Source of the DNA: an uncultured Eubacteriales bacterium
GTDB taxonomy: Bacteria > Acidobacteriota > Aminicenantia > Aminicenantales > Aminicenantaceae
Assembly: GCA_964456985.1 (NCBI GenBank)
Contig: CAYWDH010000005.1
Location: 17,247-81,246, forward strand
Direction of reading: 5' to 3'
Length of the DNA stretch: 64,000 nucleotides
Part shown: positions 38,142 through 48,326 of the stretch, in pieces
Layout: each line of letters begins with the position of its first letter
Position numbering within the stretch: position 1 is the stretch's first letter
The notes under the pieces: generated by a model
What the model saw: only the letters and a program-made list of their open reading frames with translations
Told to the model about the DNA's origin: nothing
The model's database searches: none
Translations under genes and position numbers: made by a program

Positions 38142-39080
38142 ATGAGCAAAAACAAGTTATGGAATTTTTTTATCATCCTCAGTGCTGTGCTTCTCATTCT
38201 GCCTAGTGTTTCCATTGCAGATGATACTCCCCAGCTTACTCAGGGGCAGGCCAATCATAACAACCTTAAGTTCGGTTTCAGGCTTACAGGAGGCGTTTTC
38301 CCGCTGATGAGAAACGATATCAATGACCATCTGCAGGGATTAAATGACATTTTTAAAGATTACTCAGATATTGACCCGAATTTCATAGTGAACTCCGAGT
38401 TCGAAATGATCAAAATGGGAATGGACTTTGACGGGGAAATACTGGTCAGTTTCATGCCTAACTTAAGCATTGGTATCGGAGCCGGGTATATCTCTGCCGG
38501 AAAAGAAACGGCTTCGGAAATGACTACATCCTCCACCAGTAGTGATACGTGGACGTACGATATAAAATTTTCCGCTATACCTATTACGTTAAGCCTTTAT
38601 TACGGAATTCCGGTAGGAAGTTCCCTGCAGGTCGTGCTGAACGGCGGTGTCGGATACTACCTGGGAACAGTAAACTTTGATTTTCTTTCTGAGGGAAATA
38701 CAAGTTCCCTTACATATGAAGGTACAGATGAATGGAGCGCTAAATCCAATGCCCTTGGGTTCCACGGAGGAATTGACCTGGAATTCAGCTTTGCGCGTAA
38801 TTTAGCCCTGGTTGCAGGAGCTAAAGGAAGGTACGTCAAATTGACCGACCTGGCCGGGACCGAGGATTATGATTACAATCAAAGCGACGGGTATTCGTTA
38901 TCTTCCACAAATGAAGACATGACTCTCTGGTATGGTAACTATAAGGAAGGAACTAAGTATTACCCCCAGGTAGTACTTTCGCAAAATACACCCACTGGCC
39001 CTGCTTGGTCTGATGTGCGCAAAGCAGAGGTCAATCTCAGTGGGATTGTGTTTCAGGCCGGGATAAAGATCACTTTTTAG
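38142..39080 (+). CDS. Outer-membrane beta-barrel protein, paralog 1
   Basis: Signal peptide, alternating amphipathic strands, C-terminal GIKITF (BamA-type signal). Confidence 0.88.
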   Translation: MSKNKLWNFFIILSAVLLILPSVSIADDTPQLTQGQANHNNLKFGFRLTGGVFPLMRNDINDHLQGLNDIFKDYSDIDPNFIVNSEFEMIKMGMDFDGEILVSFMPNLSIGIGAGYISAGKETASEMTTSSTSSDTWTYDIKFSAIPITLSLYYGIPVGSSLQVVLNGGVGYYLGTVNFDFLSEGNTSSLTYEGTDEWSAKSNALGFHGGIDLEFSFARNLALVAGAKGRYVKLTDLAGTEDYDYNQSDGYSLSSTNEDMTLWYGNYKEGTKYYPQVVLSQNTPTGPAWSDVRKAEVNLSGIVFQAGIKITF

Positions 39081-39103
39081 CAGCTTTTTTTAAAGGAGGC
39101 AAA

Positions 39104-40036
39104 ATGAGTAAAAACAAATTGTGGAGTCTATTGGTTATTACTTCATTTGTTTTTTTTAGTCTTCCCGCGGCTTCAAGCGCAGACGAGATCACATTTCCTC
39201 AGATCGTTCAGAGCCAAACCAATCATAACAGCATTAAATTAGGTCTCAGACTTACGGGAGGCGCATCTCTGCTTTCGAACAACGACTTCAATGACCACTT
39301 GCAGTCATATAATGACGCGGTTGATCTTATTCCCTATTTATCAGCAGACTCTGACTTCGAAATGATTAAAATGGGAATGGACTTCAGCGGGGAGATATTG
39401 ATAAGCTTCATGCCCAACTTCAGCATTGGTATCGGAGCCGGATATCTCTCAGCAGAAAAAGAAACCTCTAAGGAATTCGATATCTTTGGAATGCAAACAG
39501 CAGACTTCACTTATCATCCGAAATTCTCTGCTATTCCCATTACTTTCAGCTTATACTACGGAGTTCCCGTGGGAGGCTTTATGAAGGTCATGCTGAACGC
39601 CGGCATTGGATACTACCTGGGGACAGTGAGTTTCTACTCTTATATTAAGGAAAGTTATTTAACAGATTGGATGGATGAAACAGATGACTGGAGCGCCAAT
39701 TCCAATGTCCTGGGATTCCACGGAGGGATCGATCTGGAATTCGGCATCGCACCCAATTTAGCCCTCGTTGTAGGAGCCAAAGGACGATATGCCAAATTGA
39801 CAGACCTGACCGGCGATATGGATTATGAGTACGACACAAGCTATGGGTATTCGGAATCAGAAACATATGAAGACCAGACCCTCTGGTATGGTTACGAAGA
39901 AGTTTGGCCAGGAAACGAATTTCCTTTCTTAACTCTTTCGGAAACTAAACCCACTGGTTCTTATTCTGATGTGCGCAAAGCAGAGGTCAATCTCAGCGGG
40001 ATTGTGTTTCAGGCCGGGATAAAAATCACCTTTTAG
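39104..40036 (+). CDS. Outer-membrane beta-barrel protein, paralog 2
   Basis: Same strands (FEMIKMGMDF, FHGGIDLE), C-terminal GIKITF. Confidence 0.88.
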   Translation: MSKNKLWSLLVITSFVFFSLPAASSADEITFPQIVQSQTNHNSIKLGLRLTGGASLLSNNDFNDHLQSYNDAVDLIPYLSADSDFEMIKMGMDFSGEILISFMPNFSIGIGAGYLSAEKETSKEFDIFGMQTADFTYHPKFSAIPITFSLYYGVPVGGFMKVMLNAGIGYYLGTVSFYSYIKESYLTDWMDETDDWSANSNVLGFHGGIDLEFGIAPNLALVVGAKGRYAKLTDLTGDMDYEYDTSYGYSESETYEDQTLWYGYEEVWPGNEFPFLTLSETKPTGSYSDVRKAEVNLSGIVFQAGIKITF

Positions 40037-40124
40037 CACCGCGCAATACATATTTAGTTATCTATAAAAAATATTGCCTTCTTTTTTGAGAAGGACTATT
40101 ATATACAGCCAGAAAGGAGGAACC
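40031..40124. repeat. Duplicated intergenic spacer, copy 1 (copy 2 at 41031-41124)
   Basis: ttttagcaccgcgcaataca...aaaatattgccttcttttt...atatacagccagaaaggaggaacc repeated at exactly 1000 bp offset; similarity continues into the signal-peptide coding region. Confidence 0.9.
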
Positions 40125-41036
40125 TTGAAAAGAAACACATTTTATATTTTTCTAACAATTATCTTTTTTATTTTTCTTATTCTGCCCGTGACAGCCGCAG
40201 CAGACGATACCCCACAGCTCCCACAGCTACAGGCCAACCAGAGCAGTGTTACATTCGGTCTTAGGATCACAGGAGGCTGTTTCCCTCTGATGAGAAACGA
40301 TATCAATGACCATTTACAGTCATACAATGACTATTATAACGACACCACCGTAACAGTGGGCTCTGAGTTCGAAATGATCAAGATGGGAATGGACTTCAGC
40401 GGGGAAATATTGATAAGCTTTATGCCCAACTTCAGCATTGGTATCGGAGCCGGGTATATCTCTGCCGGAAAAGAAACGACTCTGGAACTGAGCGACACAA
40501 TGTACTCCGCAGACTATACGTACAACCCGAAATTTTCCGTTATACCCATTACGTTAAGCTTTTACTACGGGATTCCCATAGGAAGCTCTATACAGGTCGT
40601 ACTGAACGCCGGCCTCGGATACTACCTGGGAACAGTGAATTTCGATCATATTTATTTTGGAGATGTAGGTTCCTATACATATGAAGAATCATACATCTGG
40701 AGCGCTCAGTCCAATGCATTCGGCTTCCACGGAGGGATTGACCTGGAACTCGGCATCGCGCGTAATGTAGCCCTGGTTGTAGGAGCCAAAGGGAGGTACG
40801 CCAAACTGACCGACCTGACAGGCGATGAGGATTATGAATTTACTACAAGTTATGGGTATTCGTCCTCATCAACATACGAAGACATGACTCTCTGGTATTA
40901 TATCTATGATGAGGAATTGCCACTGGCAGAGCTTTGGGAAAATAAGCCCACAGGCATGTATGTGTCTGATGCACGTAAGGCAGAGGTGAATCTCAGCGGC
41001 TTGACTTTTCTAGCGGGCATAAAGATCTCTTTTTAG
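40125..41036 (+). CDS. Outer-membrane beta-barrel protein, paralog 3
   Basis: TTG start at 40125 after aaaggagg; C-terminal GIKISF. Confidence 0.88.
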   Translation: MKRNTFYIFLTIIFFIFLILPVTAAADDTPQLPQLQANQSSVTFGLRITGGCFPLMRNDINDHLQSYNDYYNDTTVTVGSEFEMIKMGMDFSGEILISFMPNFSIGIGAGYISAGKETTLELSDTMYSADYTYNPKFSVIPITLSFYYGIPIGSSIQVVLNAGLGYYLGTVNFDHIYFGDVGSYTYEESYIWSAQSNAFGFHGGIDLELGIARNVALVVGAKGRYAKLTDLTGDEDYEFTTSYGYSSSSTYEDMTLWYYIYDEELPLAELWENKPTGMYVSDARKAEVNLSGLTFLAGIKISF

Positions 41037-41124
41037 CACCGCGCAATACACATTTACTTATCTCTGAAAAATATTGCCTTCTTTTTTAAGAGGGACTATC
41101 ATATACAGCCAGAAAGGAGGAACC

Positions 41125-42054
41125 ATGAAGAAAAAGATACTTTATATTTTTCTAACAATTGCCTTTTTTGTTTTTCTTATTCTGCCCGTGACAGCCGCAG
41201 CAGATGATACTTCCCAGCTCACTCAGGGACAGGCTAATCAGAGCGGGATTAAATTAGGTCTCAGGATCACAGGGGGCGGTTTCCCGCTGATGAGAAACGA
41301 TTTTAATGACCATTTACAGTCTTGCAATGACTATTATGAAGATTTGGCAATTTACACAGTGAACTCCGAGTTCGAAATGATCAAGATGGGAATGGACTTC
41401 AGCGGGGAAATGCTGGTCAGCTTCATGCCCAACTTCAGCATTGGTATCGGGGCCGGATATCTCTTAGTCGAAAAAGAAACGACTGCGGAACTGAGCGATA
41501 CAACATGGAACGAAGACGAAATATACAATATAAAATTTTCCGTTATACCCATTACTCTAAGCTTTTATTACGGGATTCCCTTGGGAAGCTCCATGAAGAT
41601 CGTAATGAATGCAGGTCTCGGATATTACCTGGGAACAGTAGATTTCGATTATTCGTTTGAGGGAGATTCAGGTATCTATACATACGAAGCCACAGATGCC
41701 TGGAGCGCTCAGTCCAATGCATTCGGCTTTCACGGAGGGATTGACCTGGAACTCGGCATCGCGCGCAATTTATTCCTGATTGTAGGGGCCAAAGGACGAT
41801 ATGCGAAATTGACCGATCTGACCGGTACCGAGAAATATGAATACAACAGAAGCGACGGGTTTTCGTTCTCTTTTTCAGATGAAGGCGAGACCCTCTGGTA
41901 CGGAGATTATGAGAGTACAGCAACAGGCAAAAAATCCCCGTGGTTAGAGCTAGCAATAAATAAACCCTCAACCTCTTATTGGTCTAATGTGCGCAAAGCC
42001 GAGGCAAATCTCAGCGGGATTGTGTTTCAAGCAGGGATAAAAATCACTTTTTAG
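41125..42054 (+). CDS. Outer-membrane beta-barrel protein, paralog 4
   Basis: ATG at 41125 after aaaggagg; C-terminal GIKITF. Confidence 0.88.
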   Translation: MKKKILYIFLTIAFFVFLILPVTAAADDTSQLTQGQANQSGIKLGLRITGGGFPLMRNDFNDHLQSCNDYYEDLAIYTVNSEFEMIKMGMDFSGEMLVSFMPNFSIGIGAGYLLVEKETTAELSDTTWNEDEIYNIKFSVIPITLSFYYGIPLGSSMKIVMNAGLGYYLGTVDFDYSFEGDSGIYTYEATDAWSAQSNAFGFHGGIDLELGIARNLFLIVGAKGRYAKLTDLTGTEKYEYNRSDGFSFSFSDEGETLWYGDYESTATGKKSPWLELAINKPSTSYWSNVRKAEANLSGIVFQAGIKITF

Positions 42055-42094
42055 CACTGAAGGCAGGATAAACTCAATATGAGTGATCTTCCTT

Positions 42095-43231
42095 TTATAA
42101 AAGAGAGGAAATCGACCCTTTAATCACAAACAACAATTTGCCAATATCTTTTTTTTCAGCCAGTTCAGGTTGTTTAAAAGCCAGAGGTTTATCAATGATT
42201 CCATTTTCCACCAGATATTCCATAAATTCCCACATCCACTCATGGTAAACAACTACAAAGGCCGCTTCTTTGTCAGAAAAACCATATTCTTTTTGAAGTG
42301 CATCAAGGTCCAAGTTCTGATTCACGAAACCCACTATCTTTGCTGCCATGGACTGGCAGGCTAGAAATACAGGATCATCCAATTTCATCTCAATCACTGG
42401 GACTGTCATATGTCCTTGCTCATCCACGACCCCATAAGGCAGCAGCTGGCTGATAAGGTCATCATCAACAATCTTCCCGTATTCATCCAGTTGTTTCTGC
42501 ATGGAGTAGAGATTTTCCCAGTAAAAAACATTCTGTATTTTTTTCTGCGGCCCGTCGCTCCAGTTGAGCAGCACAAATGTCTTTTCACCCATGGCAATGT
42601 TTGTCCCGCATCTAAAATCTCTTTTTGGGTAGTATGCCCAATAAATGCCGTCAAAAAGAGGCCTTTCCTCTGTTAAAGAAAATTCTTTGACCAAGCCCTG
42701 AGCCCTAAACGGAAACCACACCAGTCCGTCAACCACACAGGAAAACAGCACGCTGAAAACATGGTCCGGGTACCCTTGGGTGAATAAAATTTCCTTAAGC
42801 TGATGGATATCATCCTTAAGAACAGGCTCAATATCCCGGGCTAATTGGCGGAGATATGGAATAAGCTTCTGTTTCTCCTTGGCTCCGAGAATGGGCATGA
42901 TCGTTTTAATGGTATCGCCTTCATAGTCAATAAACCTCATGGCGCGGAGAAGCATTAATTGACTCTCCGTGAATTTGATATCCATTTCTCTTAATTCTTT
43001 CTTTGTTTTGCTTTCCAGACATGTCAGCAGAATCTCCCAATTGTTGTCTGCATGAACGACATGGTCCGGAGAAATGATCTCCTGACCTCCGGAATACCTT
43101 AAGAACTCATAATCTCCGATATCCGGAGGATATCCTTCCTTAACAGTATTTGTCTTTGTTTCCATACAGGTATTGACGGAAAGCAACAATAAGGCCAATA
43201 AAAAAATCGGGATATAACATAATCGTTTCAT
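42095..43231 (-). CDS. Exported hypothetical protein (possible lipoprotein)
   Basis: Hydrophobic signal ending in VNT-C; no family recognised. Confidence 0.7.
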   Translation of the reverse strand: MKRLCYIPIFLLALLLLSVNTCMETKTNTVKEGYPPDIGDYEFLRYSGGQEIISPDHVVHADNNWEILLTCLESKTKKELREMDIKFTESQLMLLRAMRFIDYEGDTIKTIMPILGAKEKQKLIPYLRQLARDIEPVLKDDIHQLKEILFTQGYPDHVFSVLFSCVVDGLVWFPFRAQGLVKEFSLTEERPLFDGIYWAYYPKRDFRCGTNIAMGEKTFVLLNWSDGPQKKIQNVFYWENLYSMQKQLDEYGKIVDDDLISQLLPYGVVDEQGHMTVPVIEMKLDDPVFLACQSMAAKIVGFVNQNLDLDALQKEYGFSDKEAAFVVVYHEWMWEFMEYLVENGIIDKPLAFKQPELAEKKDIGKLLFVIKGSISSLL

Positions 43232-44211
43232 AATGATTCCTCCTTTTTAGCACGAATCAATTTAATGGCTGACTGAGGGCAGTGATATGAACAGAGGCCG
43301 CATCCGAAGCATATACCCTCGTTTATAACGATATTCTCATTTTCGAACGTCACGGCTCCGAACATGCACTTATCAACGCATAACCCACATAAATCACAGA
43401 GTTCGGCTGAAAGCCTGGCAATGAATCCGGACCTGCCCATTGACGTGAATATACCGAATTTTTTCAATCCCTGAATATACATGCAACAACAATCACAGCA
43501 ATTGCAGAGATACTCCGGATTCTCTACATCATTGATAGTATGAACCAGATCATGATGCCGGGCTTTATCCAGAATTTCAAGAGCCTTCTGAACACTTATT
43601 TCTTTTCCGATTTTCCGACTGATGAAAAATTCAGCCTTATCATTTAATGAGAGGCAAACATCTAAAGGTTTATCACAGTTTCTGTATGTGGACCTGCATA
43701 AGCAGTTGACAACTGCGATCTTCGGGGAATCTCGGATATAAGATTGAGCTTGATAAAACGGGATGAGCTGTCTTTTATCTTCAATGGTGACCTCAATGGG
43801 CAGGACTCTGTATACCGGCCGTTCGCTTTCGTTCATCTCTTTGAGTGCCCAATCAGTTATACACTCCTGGATAAGAGACTTCTCATTATGAGATAATTGG
43901 TGATATTCAGAGCTGTTTATGATGAATCTTTTAAGAATGCCTTCAAGAGTACAGCTGGTATAGAATTTCTCCTTCTGTTTTATGTGCTGATTCAAATAAC
44001 CCTTTTCAAAGGATGACTGCAGTATGTTTGCTGGCAGATCAGGAAACCTTAAAAAAAGCTCAGAAGCTTTGACTTTTTTATCGGCAAGATAACTCAGGAG
44101 AGTAATTTCATCCTTTGATAAAATTTTGGGAATAACATTTTCCAGTCTCTCGGGAACTCTAAATATAGTTAAAAAGACTTGCAGGATTTGGTTCTTTTCT
44201 GATTGGCTCAT
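43228..44211 (-). CDS. 4Fe-4S ferredoxin-domain protein
   Basis: CxCR...C..P..VC, CNCCDCCC and two CxxCxxCxxxC motifs. Confidence 0.88.
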   Translation of the reverse strand: MSQSEKNQILQVFLTIFRVPERLENVIPKILSKDEITLLSYLADKKVKASELFLRFPDLPANILQSSFEKGYLNQHIKQKEKFYTSCTLEGILKRFIINSSEYHQLSHNEKSLIQECITDWALKEMNESERPVYRVLPIEVTIEDKRQLIPFYQAQSYIRDSPKIAVVNCLCRSTYRNCDKPLDVCLSLNDKAEFFISRKIGKEISVQKALEILDKARHHDLVHTINDVENPEYLCNCCDCCCMYIQGLKKFGIFTSMGRSGFIARLSAELCDLCGLCVDKCMFGAVTFENENIVINEGICFGCGLCSYHCPQSAIKLIRAKKEESL

Positions 44212-44273
44212 CCCGTCATCTCAAAATTTTTCCTGCGTTTTGTTCAAAGTTATATGTTATGCTTGCCATAGAG

Positions 44274-45068
44274 TCAACTCGATGCAAACCTGACGAACTT
44301 TTTGCGGCTGAAGACAACAAAGACCAAAACAAGACTCAGAATAAGACCGATCGTGGTTATGAGTGTTATCTCATTGAGATGAGCTTTGATCATCTCTTCA
44401 TTGATCAAGGCATCCATGGAACCGGCAATGAAAAAATGAAAAGAAACACAGGCCCATAAGTTCCCTTTAGTTTTATAAAAAATATAACCAATAGGAAACG
44501 ACATCAAAAATCCGGCTGTTACTGAAATTAATATTTCATTTATATTATGCCCTATAATGAGGTTTGACAGGTGTGCCGGGCCAAAAAACAGTCCGGTGAT
44601 CAGGGCGGCTGTATACCATTTCGTAACATTTGCAGCATTATTGAACAGCACTCCCCTAAAAAGTCCTTCCTCAAACAAACCAGGGCCGATCAATGCTATG
44701 AGAAGCATTAACATAGAATGCACGGAAAACCGGATGGGGACTTTATAAATCACACATCCCATAATCCATGACAGAACAAACGGCAGTGAAGCAGTAAACC
44801 CGGCAAGAAAAGGCCTAATTATTTTTTTCTTCAATCCTATAAAGGAGATTACTTTTGTAATGCTTTTTGTGTAAAAGATCACAACTCCGGCAAACAAAAC
44901 AGCTAATCTAATCAGATACACGAAAAAACCGTCAGCAAAAATTCTCACGGCTGGAAAAACATCTCTGAACAACAAATTAAATCCGGTTATGGCTACTAAA
45001 TAAATAACCAATGAGACTAAAATTGCCTTAATGATATATTTTGCTTTCATTTTCATCTCTTCTGCCAT
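44274..45068 (-). CDS. CPBP (CAAX/Abi) family intramembrane metalloprotease
   Basis: EEGLFRG, FGPAH and HF motifs within multiple TM segments. Confidence 0.88.
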   Translation of the reverse strand: MAEEMKMKAKYIIKAILVSLVIYLVAITGFNLLFRDVFPAVRIFADGFFVYLIRLAVLFAGVVIFYTKSITKVISFIGLKKKIIRPFLAGFTASLPFVLSWIMGCVIYKVPIRFSVHSMLMLLIALIGPGLFEEGLFRGVLFNNAANVTKWYTAALITGLFFGPAHLSNLIIGHNINEILISVTAGFLMSFPIGYIFYKTKGNLWACVSFHFFIAGSMDALINEEMIKAHLNEITLITTIGLILSLVLVFVVFSRKKFVRFASS

Positions 45069-46384
45069 TCCTGCCAGCCTCCCTGGAAGCGAAAAACATT
45101 TTTATAACCTAAAGTCACTGCCCACCGGGCTGCAAGAGGACTTCGAGTGCAATCGGTCCGCCGGCAGTAAAAAATGACCTCTTCATTTTTATTTTGAGGG
45201 AGATAGTTTAAAAGTTCTTCCATTTTTGTTTTTGACATATATTCTTCGCCCGATAACCTGTCGATCAACACAAAGTCAATTTTCTCATTTTGGCTTTTTA
45301 TGATCTTTTCCAGTTCTGCCTTAACTCTTGTGTTTTGATCAAATTCGAACGAATCTATGGAAACATTCAATGCTCCCGGGATATGACCAGCTTCATACTC
45401 TTCGGGGGGCCTGCAGTCAATTAAAGTGAATTTTTCCTTATCAACAATTTTTTTAAACAACTGCTGACCGCTGATCAATGCATAGCCGCATTGAGCTTCG
45501 GATTGTTTATCGCTTGTAACATCATAAGCTTTACCATGCATAAATTGATTCCCTAATTTTTCTTTTAAGAAATTGATATTTCTGTCGATTTCATCCTTTG
45601 AACAAATTTCCCCATGACCTGGAACTATATTGAGGATGTCGAGTTCTTTCAGACGTTCAAGCTGGCTTATCCATGTTTTCCATTCTTCCGCTCCTCCAAA
45701 CTGAGTCGCCAGGGCTGTTCCTTCATAGATGGTATCGCCTGCGAAAAGGGTCTTGGATGAAGAGTGATAAACTGATATTTCATCAGGAACATGCCCTGGA
45801 GTGACTAAAAGATGGATTTCATCTCCGTCAATATGAAGTACTGTATCCTGTTCAATGGTCCTATCGGGCTGATAAAGGATGACATCACCCAATATTTCAT
45901 CAGCCTGTTCTGAATCCCAACCCATTTTATCTGCAATAAACTTCTTATAAAATCCATTATCACCCTGAAGCTCATCGACAACTTCTTTATGGGCGATGAT
46001 TTCAGCCCCTTTGTCCTTAAAAATGCGCATCCCAAACACATGATCAGAATGATGATGAGTGAGAATCAGGTAAATTTTCTTATAGCCTTTCATGTGTGCC
46101 CGGGCAGTTTCCCAGAGAAACTTTGCTGACGCAATGGTTTGTCCTGAATCAATGAAGATAACGCTTTCTGATGTAAAAATAATTCCTGCATTGGTTGTGA
46201 ATCCTTTTTCTATGGCCGTATGATACAACCCGGTTATTGCCAAGACATTTTCACTCAATTGATGGACATAAGGATTTCCTAAGCCCGGTTTTATTGTTTC
46301 CTGTTCACTGCAAAAAAGAATGCAAGGTAATATCAAGCTGAGTATCATTAACAAGGGAAAAATTATAATATGTATCTTTTTCAC
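45053..46384 (-). CDS. Exported metallo-beta-lactamase-fold hydrolase fused to a rhodanese domain
   Basis: THHHSDH, TPGH, AGD and VPGHG; then IDCRPPEEYEAGHIPGA ... FYC ... GGW. Confidence 0.85.
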   Translation of the reverse strand: MKKIHIIIFPLLMILSLILPCILFCSEQETIKPGLGNPYVHQLSENVLAITGLYHTAIEKGFTTNAGIIFTSESVIFIDSGQTIASAKFLWETARAHMKGYKKIYLILTHHHSDHVFGMRIFKDKGAEIIAHKEVVDELQGDNGFYKKFIADKMGWDSEQADEILGDVILYQPDRTIEQDTVLHIDGDEIHLLVTPGHVPDEISVYHSSSKTLFAGDTIYEGTALATQFGGAEEWKTWISQLERLKELDILNIVPGHGEICSKDEIDRNINFLKEKLGNQFMHGKAYDVTSDKQSEAQCGYALISGQQLFKKIVDKEKFTLIDCRPPEEYEAGHIPGALNVSIDSFEFDQNTRVKAELEKIIKSQNEKIDFVLIDRLSGEEYMSKTKMEELLNYLPQNKNEEVIFYCRRTDCTRSPLAARWAVTLGYKNVFRFQGGWQEWQKR

Positions 46385-46459
46385 AAGAAATTCCTCACAA
46401 AACGCCTCCTAAATAAGCATTGGTTAAAAAAACATGCCGATATATGACAATCAGTGACT

Positions 46460-47884
46460 CTATTGTTTTTTCCTTATTTTCTCCAGAATATCTTTATACT
46501 TCCGTGATTCTTTTAAATCATCAAAATAGGGACTGTTTTGGACTGCGGATAAGTCATTAAAGTTGTTTTTGACCGCGAGGTCTAAATATTCAAGCGCTGA
46601 TTTTTTATCTTTATTCAGGGCATAAGCCTGAGCTAAATCGAACAATACAAGCTTGTAGACATCTTCGTTTCCCTGACTAGCCTTAACAGCAATCTCAAAC
46701 AAAATCACGGCTTTAGAGGGCTGGTTGTTTTTTAAATGTTGGTTTCCGGTTTGAGCTGCCCTCACAAATATTAAGTGCAGAAGACGCACCGCAAGACTTT
46801 GGTCTTCCAAACGACTTTCTGCTTGCGCTTCCTCTAAAAGATAATCCAGTTCCATTTTTGTGAACAGCTCTTCAAAGTCATTATAGTCTTGAGGTGTTTT
46901 TTCAATATTATTAAAAATGTTACCGCAGGTCCTTATGATACTGGCTTCTCTTTTTTGACGTTCATTTTCGTCTCGAACAAACTGCTTATATGGTTCACTC
47001 TCTTCCAGGCGGTTTATTTTTTCTTCTATACCGGAAATATCTCTAAGTCCGCTGAAAAGCGAAGATATACCCTGATAGCTCAAAACAGCCCAATAAATTT
47101 TTCCTTGTGCCTCAAGATTCTCAGCAGTATGGATCTTTTTTTTATAAACTTTTTCTATTTCCTCGTTGTCTCGCGGAATGACATCCTGCTTCATTCTCAT
47201 TATTTCCATCCATTCCAGGGCAGAAAGGCAAACATCAGAAGGCGGCCAACTATGTGTTCCTTCGAAAAAATGGATATAATGTTTGATTCCTGCCTGGTCC
47301 AACTGCTTGTCCAGCATGACCATCTCTCTATAATTGAAGTCAGCGATCCCTACCGTTCCATAATACACAGACGGGTTCATCTCATCGAGCTTAAATCCTA
47401 CGGGAATCCCCGCTCCGCAGCCAATGATGCCCGCAACTGGTTTGTTGATCGTTTGGGAAAATATAACCGCTGCCCGGGCTCCTCCAGAAAAACCAGTGCT
47501 GTAAATGCTTTTTTTATCTATATTGAAACGGTTTTCGGTATCATCCCATATGATCTGCATTGCCTGGAAAATCTCTTCCCACGGGCCGTTTTTAATATTG
47601 TTTGAACCCACCACAATGATACCGTACTCTTCAGCGGCTTCTTTGAAATGTTCGACCGGCACTTTTCCTCTGGCCGAAGGGTCAAAAGCAAAAAGTATAG
47701 GCCATGATTTGTCCGGAGTGTATTCTTGAGGCAAATAGAGAGCATAGCTTTGAGATGGAAAATGCTGGCATACTACCTTGTCTATGATTTTTCCCTTTTC
47801 AAACGCAGACTGTAAGGGGAAAGTCCTTCCTCCTACCGGAAAGAGAAGGAATAAAACTCCAAGTAAAAAAAGTTTGTTTTTCAT
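46460..47884 (-). CDS. Exported alpha/beta hydrolase with C-terminal TPR
   Basis: GFSGG nucleophile elbow, GTHSWP, C-terminal TPR-like helix pair. Confidence 0.8.
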   Translation of the reverse strand: MKNKLFLLGVLFLLFPVGGRTFPLQSAFEKGKIIDKVVCQHFPSQSYALYLPQEYTPDKSWPILFAFDPSARGKVPVEHFKEAAEEYGIIVVGSNNIKNGPWEEIFQAMQIIWDDTENRFNIDKKSIYSTGFSGGARAAVIFSQTINKPVAGIIGCGAGIPVGFKLDEMNPSVYYGTVGIADFNYREMVMLDKQLDQAGIKHYIHFFEGTHSWPPSDVCLSALEWMEIMRMKQDVIPRDNEEIEKVYKKKIHTAENLEAQGKIYWAVLSYQGISSLFSGLRDISGIEEKINRLEESEPYKQFVRDENERQKREASIIRTCGNIFNNIEKTPQDYNDFEELFTKMELDYLLEEAQAESRLEDQSLAVRLLHLIFVRAAQTGNQHLKNNQPSKAVILFEIAVKASQGNEDVYKLVLFDLAQAYALNKDKKSALEYLDLAVKNNFNDLSAVQNSPYFDDLKESRKYKDILEKIRKKQ

Positions 47885-47928
47885 TCGTTTCTTTAAAATT
47901 ATACGGATTGGTTATAAATATCAAATCC

Positions 47929-48291
47929 TCACATAGATTTTTTTTTGAACTGAATCCCGTGTTTTTTGATTTTCTCATGAAGAGTGGTGTAATTGATTCC
48001 CAGCATCTCTGAGGCCAGCTTCTGGCTGCCGTTCATCTCAGATAAAATCCTGACTAAAAAAGCTCTTTCCAGCTGGTCCATGAGTTCTCGAAACGAGATT
48101 TCATTCTTTATACAGAAGTACTCAAGGAAATTACTCAGGAAATCCTGTTTTGACATTCCGCTTTCCCTCTGATTGTGTTCATCGATGAAATCCCTGAACA
48201 GCTCATTGAACTTTTTCACATCTTTGTTTTTGCTGCCGCTAAAAGCATACTCATGCTTCTTCTTATTGAATAAGGACACCCTCGAATTCAT
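47929..48291 (-). CDS. Fis-type HTH protein
   Basis: GSQKLASEMLGINYTTLHEKIKKHGI. Confidence 0.8.
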   Translation of the reverse strand: MNSRVSLFNKKKHEYAFSGSKNKDVKKFNELFRDFIDEHNQRESGMSKQDFLSNFLEYFCIKNEISFRELMDQLERAFLVRILSEMNGSQKLASEMLGINYTTLHEKIKKHGIQFKKKSM

Positions 48292-48326
48292 TTTTCTCCC
48301 CCTTTTCTATCCATGGATAAGCTCTT

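Noticed and set aside
40031-41124. Exact 1000 bp offset as a sign of assembly artefact
   Set aside because: The two copies differ at many positions and the encoded loops diverge, so it is a genuine old duplication; the round number is coincidence.
38142-42054. Diversity-generating retroelement acting on the beta-barrels
   Set aside because: No reverse transcriptase in the window and no template/variable repeat pair differing only at adenines.
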